Below, one piece after another: positions 12,001 through 21,139 of a DNA stretch of 64,000 nucleotides. Positions within the stretch are counted from its first letter, which is position 1; each line of letters opens with the position of its first letter. This stretch comes from Haliotis cracherodii (lineage: Eukaryota), in the NCBI RefSeq assembly GCF_022045235.1, contig NW_027266297.1, positions 3,038,001 through 3,102,000 of the forward strand, written 5' to 3'. The position numbers were made by a program, and so were the translations under genes. The notes below the pieces were generated by a model. That model was not told the DNA's origin. It did not search any database and saw only the letters and a program-made list of their open reading frames with translations.

Positions 12001-13342
12001 GAGTGCCATGGGCTAAATGAGTGCTATTGCGGGACAACTGATTGTTGTGTAGTTGACAGTGAAGAGAACTTTTGTTGAAAATCGGAAAGTTTAGTTTAGT
12101 GTGATTGACACCAAAATACAGGAATTTGGCAGTGATGTAAAAGTTATAGTATTCTTACAATTAGTAACAATGATATTGTTTGATGTTTGTACACTACATT
12201 TGTACACTCTGCCCGGGGTGGCTCAGTCGTCTAATGCGCGATTCATTGTGCAGAGTTACGTCCCTTGGGCACGCCAGAAACCCATGATTGTGGGTTCAAA
12301 TCCTGGTTCGCCCCGATTATGTTTCTTGGTTTGTCAGCACCATACCCGTGCTCATTGGTTTCACCCACGTGGTCTGAGACCTGCACCACTTCGGGCTCTC
12401 CTCCAACATTAAGCTGACACGCCGCGATATTACTGGAATACTGTTAAAAGCGGCATAAAACCCAACTCACTCACTCACACAATGTACATTCTGCCCACAG
12501 CTGTTCGTCTCCTGCATCACGCCCAAGTACGTGGTGTCCCACCACTGTAACCGCGAACTGGCCTTGGCAGACATCTTGAAGAAACCCATCATCCCTGTCA
12601 TGTTTGAGTCCGTCGTCTGGCCGCCACCTGGGGGCATGTCTGTCATCCTCTCTCAGCTCGTCTATATCAATATGAAAGGTAATTGAATGTTCAAAATGAC
12701 ATTTTGTGTCTCAAGAAGTTTCCAAGCCACAAGTGACATACTTGTGTTGCTCTAAATTTAAATTTGTATTGACTAAGTTAGTTACCACCTGTTATCATGT
12801 AGAACAGTGCATAATACATGAAAAATGGGTGTTGAATTCTTACTAAATAGAAAATTGTTGAAGACAGTTATCAATAATTCCAAGACCATGTTCCTCCAAC
12901 TTTAATCAGTGACGCTGTGATATAACTGAAAGCAGCACTAAACAACTCACTCGATAACATACCCCCATCCCTTGCAGGTGTCGGAGGTCACGGTGGCAGC
13001 GGGGTCCATGCTGACCTCCAGGACAAGCATAATGAAATCATCAACCGGATCCTCCTGTACACCATGCCTGCCGTCCAGCCTTGCATCGACTCCTCCGTCA
13101 CAGTTACCGACATCAGCAAGCAGCAGGACCTGGGCAGCGAGAGCCTGTATGACACCAGTCTCAGTTCTCTCACAGAACCAGACATCCCCCTGCTCCAAGA
13201 GGTGTACCACGCACCCCCCAGCCCCCGTCGCAACCCCGTCGTCGCGCCGCAGCCAGAACCTGCTCAGCGAGCAGCAGCAGCAGCAACAAGGAACGTGGAG
13301 CAGGTTCATGTGACGAAGTGTGCAGTATGTGTAATACTGTAG
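4..13342 (+). CDS. ROCO-like protein, 3' part (COR - death domain - TIR_2 - CaaX), 11 exons, 5' end outside window
   Basis: Phase-consistent GT-AG exons: 4-56, 885-1014, 1188-1345, 1847-1921, 2366-2545, 3339-3408, 3842-4000, 8869-9042, 10369-10547, 12501-12678, 12978-13342. COR-like motifs LMDKFDLIC, YYVP and FLPDGLFYRIL; death domain DWAALAKLMG...PALALLTDW...LEQINRDDIV; TIR IFLSYQWDSQ...CWMDIGQMGGGD...SHHCNRE...PIIPV; ends CVIL*. Confidence 0.88.
301..412. mobile_element. Small MITE
   Basis: Imperfect TIR ctgggtgcggttgtacaaa / tttgtacaacagcacctag. Confidence 0.6.
563..830 (+). mobile_element. SINE-like family A copy
   Basis: Matches 7 other copies in the window (core cagcaacccatg...aaaggcgactaa; tail gctggaatattgctgagtg...(aaac)n). 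Confidence 0.8.
885..1014 (+). CDS. ROCO-like exon (THREETHSYYVPMRL...FNNFLP)
   Basis: tttcag|...ccag|gtaggt, phase 0 to 1. Confidence 0.88.
1188..1345 (+). CDS. ROCO-like exon (DGLFYRILTRAIRWSQ...AYHRLK)
   Basis: ttgtag|...aaag|gtaggt, phase 1 to 0. Confidence 0.88.
1331..1697 (+). repeat. 32-bp minisatellite, about 11 copies, spanning an exon/intron junction
   Basis: Unit taccacagattaaag|gtaggtcttgcttagca. Confidence 0.95.
1847..1921 (+). CDS. ROCO-like exon (VVVVGISD...AACAK)
   Basis: tttcag|...aag|gttaat, 75 nt, phase 0 to 0. Confidence 0.82.
2058..2300 (-). mobile_element. SINE-like family A copy
   Basis: Reverse-complement match to 563-830. Confidence 0.8.
2366..2545 (+). CDS. ROCO-like exon, Cys/His-rich (VRNFLES...DECLTSK)
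   Basis: tccag|...aag|gtagga, 180 nt. Confidence 0.88.
2616..2947 (+). mobile_element. tRNA-derived SINE with Meta-like central domain
   Basis: A box tggtctagtgg, B box ggttcgatccc, core gtcataccaaaagacgttaaaagatggtac, (cctca)n tail, TSD gcagtcaa. Confidence 0.8.
3339..3408 (+). CDS. ROCO-like exon (IVCCEHRR...KWFPQPKI)
   Basis: ttccag|...tag|gtaatg, phase 0 to 1. Confidence 0.85.
3842..4000 (+). CDS. ROCO-like exon, start of death domain (…AAKLLNSGADEQDWAALAKLM)
   Basis: ctccag|...atgg|gtaggt, phase 1 to 1. Confidence 0.88.
3991..7331 (+). repeat. 47-bp minisatellite, about 70 copies, each containing the exon end and 5' splice site
   Basis: Unit aaactcatgg|gtaggtagtactaggtaccaggggtcaagatgaccgt. 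Confidence 0.97.
7662..7932 (-). mobile_element. SINE-like family A copy
   Basis: Reverse-complement match to family A. Confidence 0.8.
8869..9042 (+). CDS. ROCO-like exon, death domain (GYKQARIDQ...DIVDVIQKAK)
   Basis: ctgcag|...aagg|gttcgt, phase 1 to 1. Confidence 0.88.
9329..9456. mobile_element. Tc1/mariner-type MITE
   Basis: TIR ctactcaaaagaag..ttaaggatcacc / ggtgatccttaacttcttttgagtag, TA flanks. Confidence 0.75.
9463..9676. mobile_element. Tc1/mariner-type MITE
   Basis: TIR ctgacggaaa..taaggga / tcccttaatggtttccatcag, TA flanks. Confidence 0.65.
9832..10189. mobile_element. Tc1/mariner-type MITE
   Basis: TIR ctcaccagcaaaagaaa / tttctgttggcggtgag, TA flanks. Confidence 0.6.
10230..10372 (+). 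repeat. 48-50 bp triplication containing the 3' splice site of the TIR exon
   Basis: cttgtctgtatgtttgtaacagag three times (AG ending at 10270, 10318, 10368). Confidence 0.9.
10369..10547 (+). CDS. ROCO-like exon, TIR N-half (IFLSYQWDSQ...IDEGIRNCV)
   Basis: taacag|...gtg|gtgagt, TIR box 1 motif. Confidence 0.9.
10639..10857 (-). mobile_element. SINE-like family A copy
   Basis: Family match; flanking direct repeat gtgctgtaagc. Confidence 0.82.
10990..12125 (+). mobile_element. Internally deleted DIRS1-like retrotransposon remnant
   Basis: Long inverted repeats (about 11115-11228 vs 12010-12122); 11832-11859 complementary to 10992-11019; decayed peptide LPLPPRRDLLHQP...LTAWKFS resembling the end of the DIRS pol ORF. 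Confidence 0.6.
12211..12478 (+). mobile_element. tRNA-derived SINE, possibly V-domain-like
   Basis: A box tggctcagtcg, B box ggttcaaatcc, shared tail, (actc)n end, diverged TSD tgtaca(c/t)tctgccc. Confidence 0.72.
12501..12678 (+). CDS. ROCO-like exon, TIR C-half (LFVSCITPKYVVSHHCNRELALA...VYINMK)
   Basis: ccacag|...aaag|gtaatt, phase 0 to 1. Confidence 0.9.
12978..13342 (+). CDS. ROCO-like terminal coding exon (GVGGHGGSG...TKCAVCVIL*)
   Basis: ttgcag| acceptor, open to TAG at 13340-13342. Confidence 0.88.
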
Positions 13343-13837
13343 CCCTGAAGGACTTTACTATACAGGGCTCCAAGTGTGCAGTATGTGGCATATTGTGTAG
13401 CCCAGAGGAACTGTCACAGCTTCGAAGGACTTCACATAGTTTGTCTTTCACTCATGTCAACAAACTCAAAATCCAGTAAATTGCGACTGGAAGTGTTTTG
13501 TTTGTGAATACAGATTACTGTGTATTTGTGACATGGTAACATTGTTAGTGAGGATGGTATGTACTCTTTCACATGATCAAGTTGAGGACCAGGATTCCAG
13601 GATTGCCAGTATTCATTTCAAGTGCTATTCCACCCTTATACTGAATTTTAGGAAGAATGATCTTTTATTCATGCTTTGGAGCTGGCTGACTGAATTTGGT
13701 GTTTAGCTCAAAACCAAAATGAAACAGCTCATGATGAAATCACTGTAGGTGTCCAATGAATGATCATTATCAGTGATTGGCAAGTGGATTAATAGGACTC
13801 CTTATCATATGGACTGGACTCAATGCATTCAGTTTAC

Positions 13838-14670
13838 CATCAAGGTCACCATTGCTACTGGAACATGGATACTCCTGTGGGCATTGGTACCATCAAGGTC
13901 ATCATTGCTCCTGGAACATGAATACTCCTGTGGACATTGGTACCATCAAGGTCATCATTGCTACTGGAACATGGATGCTCCTGTGGACATTGGTACCATC
14001 AAGGTCATCAATGCTACTGGAACATGGATACTCCTGTGGACATTGGTACCATCAAGGTCATCATTGCTACTGGAACATGGATACTCCTGTGGACATTGGT
14101 ACCATAAAGGTCATCATTGCTACTTGAACATGGATACTCCTGTGGACATTGGTACCTTCAAGGTCATCATTGCTACTGGAACATGGATACTCCTGTGGAT
14201 ATTGGTACCATCAAGGTCATTGCTACTGGAACATGGATACTCCTGTGGATATTGGTACCATCAAGGTCATCATTGCTACTGGAACATGGATACTCCTGTG
14301 GACATTGGTACCATCAAGGTCATTGCTACTGGAACATGGATACTCCTGTGGACATTGGTACCATCAAGGTCATCATTGCTACTGGAACATGGATACTCCC
14401 GTGGACATTGGTACCATCAAGGTCATTGCTACTGGAACATGGATACTCCTGTGGATATTGGTACCATCAAGGTCATCATTGCTACTGGAACATGGATACT
14501 CCTGTGGACATTGGTACCATCAAGGTCATTGCTACTGGAACATGGATACTCCTGTGGATATTGGTACCATCAAGGTCATCATTGCTACTGGAACATGGAT
14601 ACTCCTGTGGACATTGGTTCCATAAAGATCTTCAGGGCTACTGGAATGTGAATACTTCTGTAGACATTGT
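13838..14670 (+). repeat. 53/50-bp minisatellite, about 16 copies, in probable 3' UTR
   Basis: Unit catcaaggtc(atc)attgctactggaacatggatactcctgtggacattggtac. Confidence 0.95.
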
Positions 14671-17536
14671 TCCACCATGATGTTTGACTTGTACTTGTAC
14701 CTGTGTATAAACAAGCAAAAAGACTGAAACAAGTTAGGGACTACATCACAAGTTGTAGCTTTGCGGCGTATCTGCGTACAAGGGCGTCCGAGGACTTTAC
14801 AAGATGTTGCTGATCCCATGGTACAAGCATTATCTCAACCAACCAATAGAAAAAAATTAGCATTACAACGCTAATAAGACATTTATTTAAGGTCACTCTG
14901 TGATAGGTATGAGAGATGTGTTAACTTGTGCAAGTACAATGATTCTGTATGCAAGATGTATATAAGAAGAATTATGAAGTGGGGATTGGTTGCTGCCACC
15001 AGGATCACACATGGCAATGAGTGGATCAGTTGGCTATGGGAAAGATAACTGTTCCTTGTGTTGGCTATGGTAAAAGATTTAATTTAGAACAAAATGATTT
15101 TACATTTACAATTCTGGTAATTCTTGTGGGATGTGAAAGACACGAGAAATTTGTTACTGTGAAACAGCACAGCACTATTAACAGATGGTTGATTGCTAGA
15201 GAACCCAGGGCAATAAGATGCTACCCGGTAATTAAGTGACGTCTCCTTGCTTGGTGCTAACTAGTATCCCTGTGCCCTTGCAGTGTCATAGCCACTGGCA
15301 TTCTCTGTGCAAAGTTAGGCAAGCCATTTTCGAATGATTTTGGGTTCACAATGATTTTGTCGGCAAACTGAACTGGGAAGAATGTGAATAATGCGGAGAG
15401 GATACGTTCTGGTCTTAGATGCGAGTCAGATGATGGTTCTTGTTACTGATGTGTTGTTAATTCCCTGCAACTGTTACCATGATTACACACAGCACTGTTA
15501 GAGGAAGTAGTTATATTGAAGTGTATGATTGACCTATCAGTATCACCAGTCTGTCAGCGAGTGAGTTGGGTTTCACATCGCTTTTATTCCAGCAGAAATG
15601 GATTGAACACATGTCCAGATTCACAGGGTCTGGACTGGCTTTCACTGTAGACTGAAGACCACAAAGCTTCTTATCTCTTTGACTATCATAAGAACATGTA
15701 TGTTGAAATATGGGAGGAGTTGCACAGGAATCTACTTAGACATTCTCAGAGGTGATAGCTTTGCATGGGTGACTTGATTGATTTCCCTTGCAAAGGTCAC
15801 TTAAATCAAGGGCCCAATGAAGGTGCCTGGACATTGCATTATTAGGTGATTTGAAAGGGGCCACAATGCTGTCAGATTTTACATGATTTGTGAATTGTGG
15901 GTATGTTTTTTACACTTGCAGACAGGGCCTAATACAAGAGTATACAGTAAACTATGTTTATGATGAATGCGCTTATATGAAATGACAAATATGACGAACT
16001 TATTTTTTAGTCCCAGCCATTTGTTGTATATATGCTGTACATGTTTTTATTAGGAACTATAATTAGTGGTCCCTTTGAGTTCATTATAACCATAGTTTAC
16101 TGTTTATTTGTTAACATACCTTTATTAATCCGTCCGTTGGAATACCAATCACAAGTTTCAACACATCTTCAGCTTACTGTGTGTGTGACACTTTTGTCCA
16201 AAATTGCTTCTTAGGAAACAAATTCCTCATTGAATATTGTTTTGTTTCCTATCATACCTTCAATGCAGAATGTGCTATTCAACTGACCTAGTTGACTTCT
16301 TGTATTCATCTAGTATTCTTGTATTGATCATGATCTTAGTGCTTAGCGTCTCACAGAGATAAAATGCAGGCCGCCACGTGCACAAGTAAGAACGGTGTGC
16401 TTGTATGACATGCAGTTTGGTCCAGTGGTTGCTGGTTAGGGGTGCTTGATATGGTAGTACTTAAAGTATGAATTTAAAACTGGGGGGAATATGATTGTCG
16501 TCTTCAAACATGTCACAAGGAGCAAACAATTCTAATGCCAAGTGAGTTTCAGTGTTTGGATTGTTGCAAGATGTTGCACTACCTGTAGAAATGTACAAGT
16601 GAGTATTATCTACCCCACTCTCAGTACCGAGTAGTTCGTTGTCGAACTGAGTAATCGGTGCCAAGTGATATCGGGAGCAACGTTCCATATCACTTGGAAA
16701 CAACGACACACATAAACACAAGTCCAGGATGATGACCACCGGATCCATGAAGTCCTCTCATGACAAGCACAGATTTACTGCAGCTGTAGGGAGGACGGAG
16801 AGTGAACTTCTGTCTTGTAGTTGCACCAGTCTCCAGCTTGACAAGCCAGGCACTCCCAGATCAGTCCTAGTACACACAAACCAAGTACCTGTAACAGCAA
16901 CTTTACACCATTTCTGATTTGTGTTTGTCCAGTAAGTAAGTGATTTCTTTCTGTATCATATTTGAAGCTGTCATCAAAATCATCACAGATGGTGTCACAA
17001 TTGAACAGATGTGTCATCTAACTTTCATAGGATCCTACAACATTGCCACTGACTAATCAGAAAGCTAGATTATTTAATGAGTAATAATAGATTTCATAGT
17101 AATATGATTCTTAGTTGAGTGTCATGTATGGACTTGAAGATGTGGAAATGCACATCTGTAAATGGGTGTTCTGCCAAGCTGTGTTACTTGTAAGGTCTTT
17201 GTTTCTTATTCTCATATGTACATTCTCCTATCATGTAATTTTATTGTGTACATAATTTGTATATTTACATCTGACATGTACATATGTAGACATGTATCAT
17301 TAAAATATACATTTCCATTCTCTTACGTTTTGTTCCATATGTTAAACATTATGGCATCATAATGGACCTGGAGCTGGACTTGTGATTGTTTTCATCTGGG
17401 AACTGAACCCAGATCTGCATGACACTGTCCACTGGGCTACCTAATGGCAAGGGTGTTGATAAAGGCAAAGTGCAATTTTTATTCAGAAATCCTTTTGAGA
17501 TTAACATTTAAAGCTAAAAGGTCATCAGGGAATGAA

Positions 17537-17676
17537 GGAGTAGTCTAGTGGTTAAAACATTTGCTCATAGTTCATCCGAGGCCCGAGTTCAATTCCCCAC
17601 GAGTACAATGTGTGAAGCCAATTTCTGCTGTTCCCCTGCCATGATATTGCTGGAAGCAGTGTAACATATTACTCAA
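17537..17676 (+). mobile_element. tRNA-SINE family B, diverged copy
   Basis: gtagtctagtggttaaa...gttcaattcccc...gtacaatgtgtgaagcc. Confidence 0.7.
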
Positions 17677-18098
17677 CGGTCGTCATCAAGGGTTATCAAA
17701 AGACTTCCAGACCTGAAGTATCATGTGACAATAATACAAAAGTGGATTTCCCTTTCTGCACAAAATTATGGCTAATGTGTACTTTCTTTCTTTTTAAAAA
17801 TAGCAATTTAAATCATGAATTATTAATAAAAAATCAGATTTACTCTGTTTTTAGTAACACATCTTTCCAAGAATATTTAAGTTTCATCTTCTAATACAGT
17901 ACTATCCAGAAATAGCTTACCACCATCCTTCTTATTTCCATCTATCCCCAACTCCCATGTGTCCTTAGGAAATATCTACATGACGTTATCTAATTTGCAT
18001 ACACATCTAAGATACCAATATACCTGCTGAAAAGTTGGTTGACATGCATTGCCTCGGTCTCCAGATGGCCACAAATACCAGGCCATACATAATAAGAC

Positions 18099-18342
18099 TT
18101 TTGTTGTTTAACGCCGCACTCAGCAATATTTCAGCGATCTGAAAATAATCGAGTATGGACCAGACAATCCAGTGATTGACATCATGAGCATTGATCTACT
18201 CAATTGAGATACAATGGCATGCATCAACCAAGTCAGCGAGCCTGACCGTCTGATCCTGTTAGTCACCTCTTACATCAAGCTTAGTCGCCTTTTACAAAAA
18301 TCATGGGTTGCTGAACACCTGTTCAAACCCGCATCTTCACGG
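18099..18342 (-). mobile_element. SINE-like family A copy
   Basis: Family match. Confidence 0.8.
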
Positions 18343-18883
18343 AGATGATGCATTAATTAAGAAGCCAAGGAAGCCATTGAAAGGATAGTAAATAACTAAT
18401 GCCATGCAACAGTTATGCAACAGGTCGTTAGAGTGAGTTAACATGCTTTGAACAGTTACACCATGTCGTGTCAGCTTGATGTGGGAGGAAAGCCTGAAGT
18501 GATGCAGTTCTCAACTGTTTACCACTTTGGTGAAACCCATGAGTATGGCGCTGACAAAGCTAATAACATAATCAGGATGGACCGGGTTTCAAAACCAGCG
18601 ATCACAGGGAAGCATGCCCAAGGGATGCAACTCTGCACAGCAAATTGCTGGCCCCCATGCCACCATGATGCAAAGATGAAGGAAGTCATTGCAAGGGGAG
18701 TAAACCACTATGGCCTTTGAACTGTTACAAAACACATAGTTAGACGAGCAATGTCAGCATTTCAATAATGAATGATAGAGTTTAGCTCAGCATTGCCATG
18801 AACAGTATTGTAGTCATTATCTTAATTGGAGAGGAAAACTGGAGGTCCATCTAAACCTGCCTCAAAGTCCTTCTAAATATGAC

Positions 18884-19353
18884 AGGAGGTCCATCTCAAC
18901 ATAACAGGAGGTCCATCTAAACATAACAGGAGGTCTATCTAAACAAAACAGGAGGTCCCCATCTAAACATGACTGAAGGTCCAATTAACATGACAGAAGG
19001 TCCAACTAAACATGACTGGAGGTCCATCTAAACATGACTGGAGGTCCAACTAAACATGACTGAAGGTCCATCTAAACATGACTGGAGGTCCAACTAAACA
19101 TGACTGGAGGTGCAACTAAACATGACTGGAGGTCCAACTAAACATGACTGAAGGTCCATCTAAACATGACTGGAGGTCCATCTAAACATGACTGGAGGTC
19201 CAACTAAACATGACAGGAGGTCCAACTAAACATGACTGGAGGTCCATCTAAACATGACTGGAGGTCCATCTAAACATGTCTGGAGGTCCATCTAAACATG
19301 ACTCAAGGTCCCCATCTTAACATGACAGAAGGTGCAACTAAACATGACAGGAG
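18884..19353 (+). repeat. 22-bp minisatellite, about 21 copies
   Basis: Unit ggaggtcca(t/a)ctaaacatgact. Confidence 0.93.
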
Positions 19354-19376
19354 GAACCTGACCTATGGTAGGAAGC

Positions 19377-19533
19377 GGGGCCGGTGGGGTAGCCTAGTGG
19401 TTAAAGCGTTTGCTCATCACGTTCGATTCCCGACATGGGTACAATGTGTGAAGCCCATTCGTGGTGTCCCCTGCCGTGATATTGCTGGAATATTGCTAAA
19501 AGTGGCGTAAAACCATACTCACTCACTCACTCA
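19377..19533 (+). mobile_element. tRNA-SINE family B with 14-bp TSD
   Basis: A/B boxes, (actc)n tail, TSD ctatggtaggaagc on both sides. Confidence 0.88.
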
Positions 19534-19843
19534 CTATGGTAGGAAGCATGTCAAGAGCTCTAGGTACAATGACAAAAGATCTCATTCTAAGATAGAAGTA
19601 CCAAATTTCAAACTCTTAGGTGTCACCAACATTTTTTTATGATGGTGAAAATGCCAAAAAGTACTTTTCTGTAAATATCTATTCTTCAAATCAGATGTTT
19701 CAGTTCAAAAGTCATGGTGATTTACAGCTCATAACTGACCAATCAGGTCATTGTCGAATTGGGTTTAAAGCCAATTTGAACAGTTTTTCCACTATCATAG
19801 GTTTCTACTTTTCTTGGATCACTCCACTCTAATACTTAGGTTT

Positions 19844-20475
19844 GCAAGTCTAGATTACTGTCATAAAGACCCCGAATCAAACATACCCACTACAGCCCAT
19901 GCAAGTCTATAATAGTGGGCAAGTCTAGATTACTGTCATACAGACCCTGAATCAAACATACCCAATACAGCCCAAGTCTGGGCAAGTCTATAATAGTGGA
20001 CAAGTGTAGATTACTGTCATACAGACCCTGAATCAAACATACCAAATAAAGCCCATGCAAGTCTACAATAGTGGACAAGTCTAGAATTACTGTCATACAG
20101 ACCCTGAATCAAACATACCCAATAAAGCCCATGCAAGTCTATAATAGTGGGCAAGTCTAGATTACTGTCATACAGACCCTGAATCAAACATACCCACTAC
20201 AGCCCATGCAAGTCTACAATAGTGGGCAAGTCTAGATTACTGTCATACAGACCCTGAATCAAACATACCCACTACAGCCCATGCAAGTCTATAATAGTGG
20301 ACAAGTCTAGATTACTGTCATACAGACCCTGAATCAAACATACCCAATACAGCCCATGCAAGTCTATAATAGCTGACAAGTCTAGATTACTGTCATACAG
20401 ACTCTGAATCAAACATACCCAATACAGCCATACAAGTCTGCAAGTCTATAATAGTGGGCAAGTCTAGATTACTGC
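19844..20475 (+). repeat. 75-bp minisatellite, about 8 copies
   Basis: Unit caagtctagattactgtcatacagaccctgaatcaaacataccc...; the gcaagtctagattac motif also occurs in a dispersed repeat at 39157 and (reverse) near 41715. Confidence 0.9.
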
Positions 20476-21139
20476 AGTTTCTGAAAATGAAGAGTCACTG
20501 GGACCCTTTTAATTATATTGTATTAAGATAATTTTACAACTGTTCTTTCTGTAAAATATTTTCATTTCAGAGACTAGATGTCAGTCTAAATTATCACAGT
20601 AAATTTTTTGTTTGTTAACAAACGTTTCCTCCAAAACATCAAACAGTGAGATTATGTTCAAGCAATCAAAGAACCATAAATATACAATAACTCATAAGCA
20701 CAGCGCTATTCGTCAATTTTGGGCAACGACTAATCAAATAATCCACTTTGGAAACCCAAACGGACTCCAACACCGCCAAGTTTCTGGGAGGTTAGTCAGT
20801 GCAGTTAGTGAAAAGCATGCAACACAGTATCACTACATACTAGAGTTATCCCCCTTGCCTTGATCAAACACCTAATGTAACTCAGGCTAGTGGTAGGCAG
20901 TGTGTGCTTTCTCGTGGAAGCAGTCTGAGTTCCAACTTGGTTTGTATGTACCAATTGTATTCTATCTATGGGTGGTTTTATCTGCAGAATACAGCCTTTG
21001 ACAAAGTGGTACCAGCACACATGGCTGGGCATGCTGTTAGGCCAGTTATACAACATGTTCTCATCCCGGGAAAGATTCTGCCTCTAGTATCTGTCCCAGT
21101 GGTACATGGTGCGTCTGAGACATTCAACCACATGTGTGC

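Noticed and set aside
13773-14680. ORFs up to 292 aa in all three + frames
   Set aside because: Produced by a stop-free 53/50-bp tandem repeat downstream of the real stop; the same three peptides cycle through the frames.
16461-17017. Two minus-strand ORFs with a hydrophobic stretch
   Set aside because: No recognisable domain, different frames and interrupting stops; they lie in the probable 3' UTR of the + gene. Not supportable without homology.
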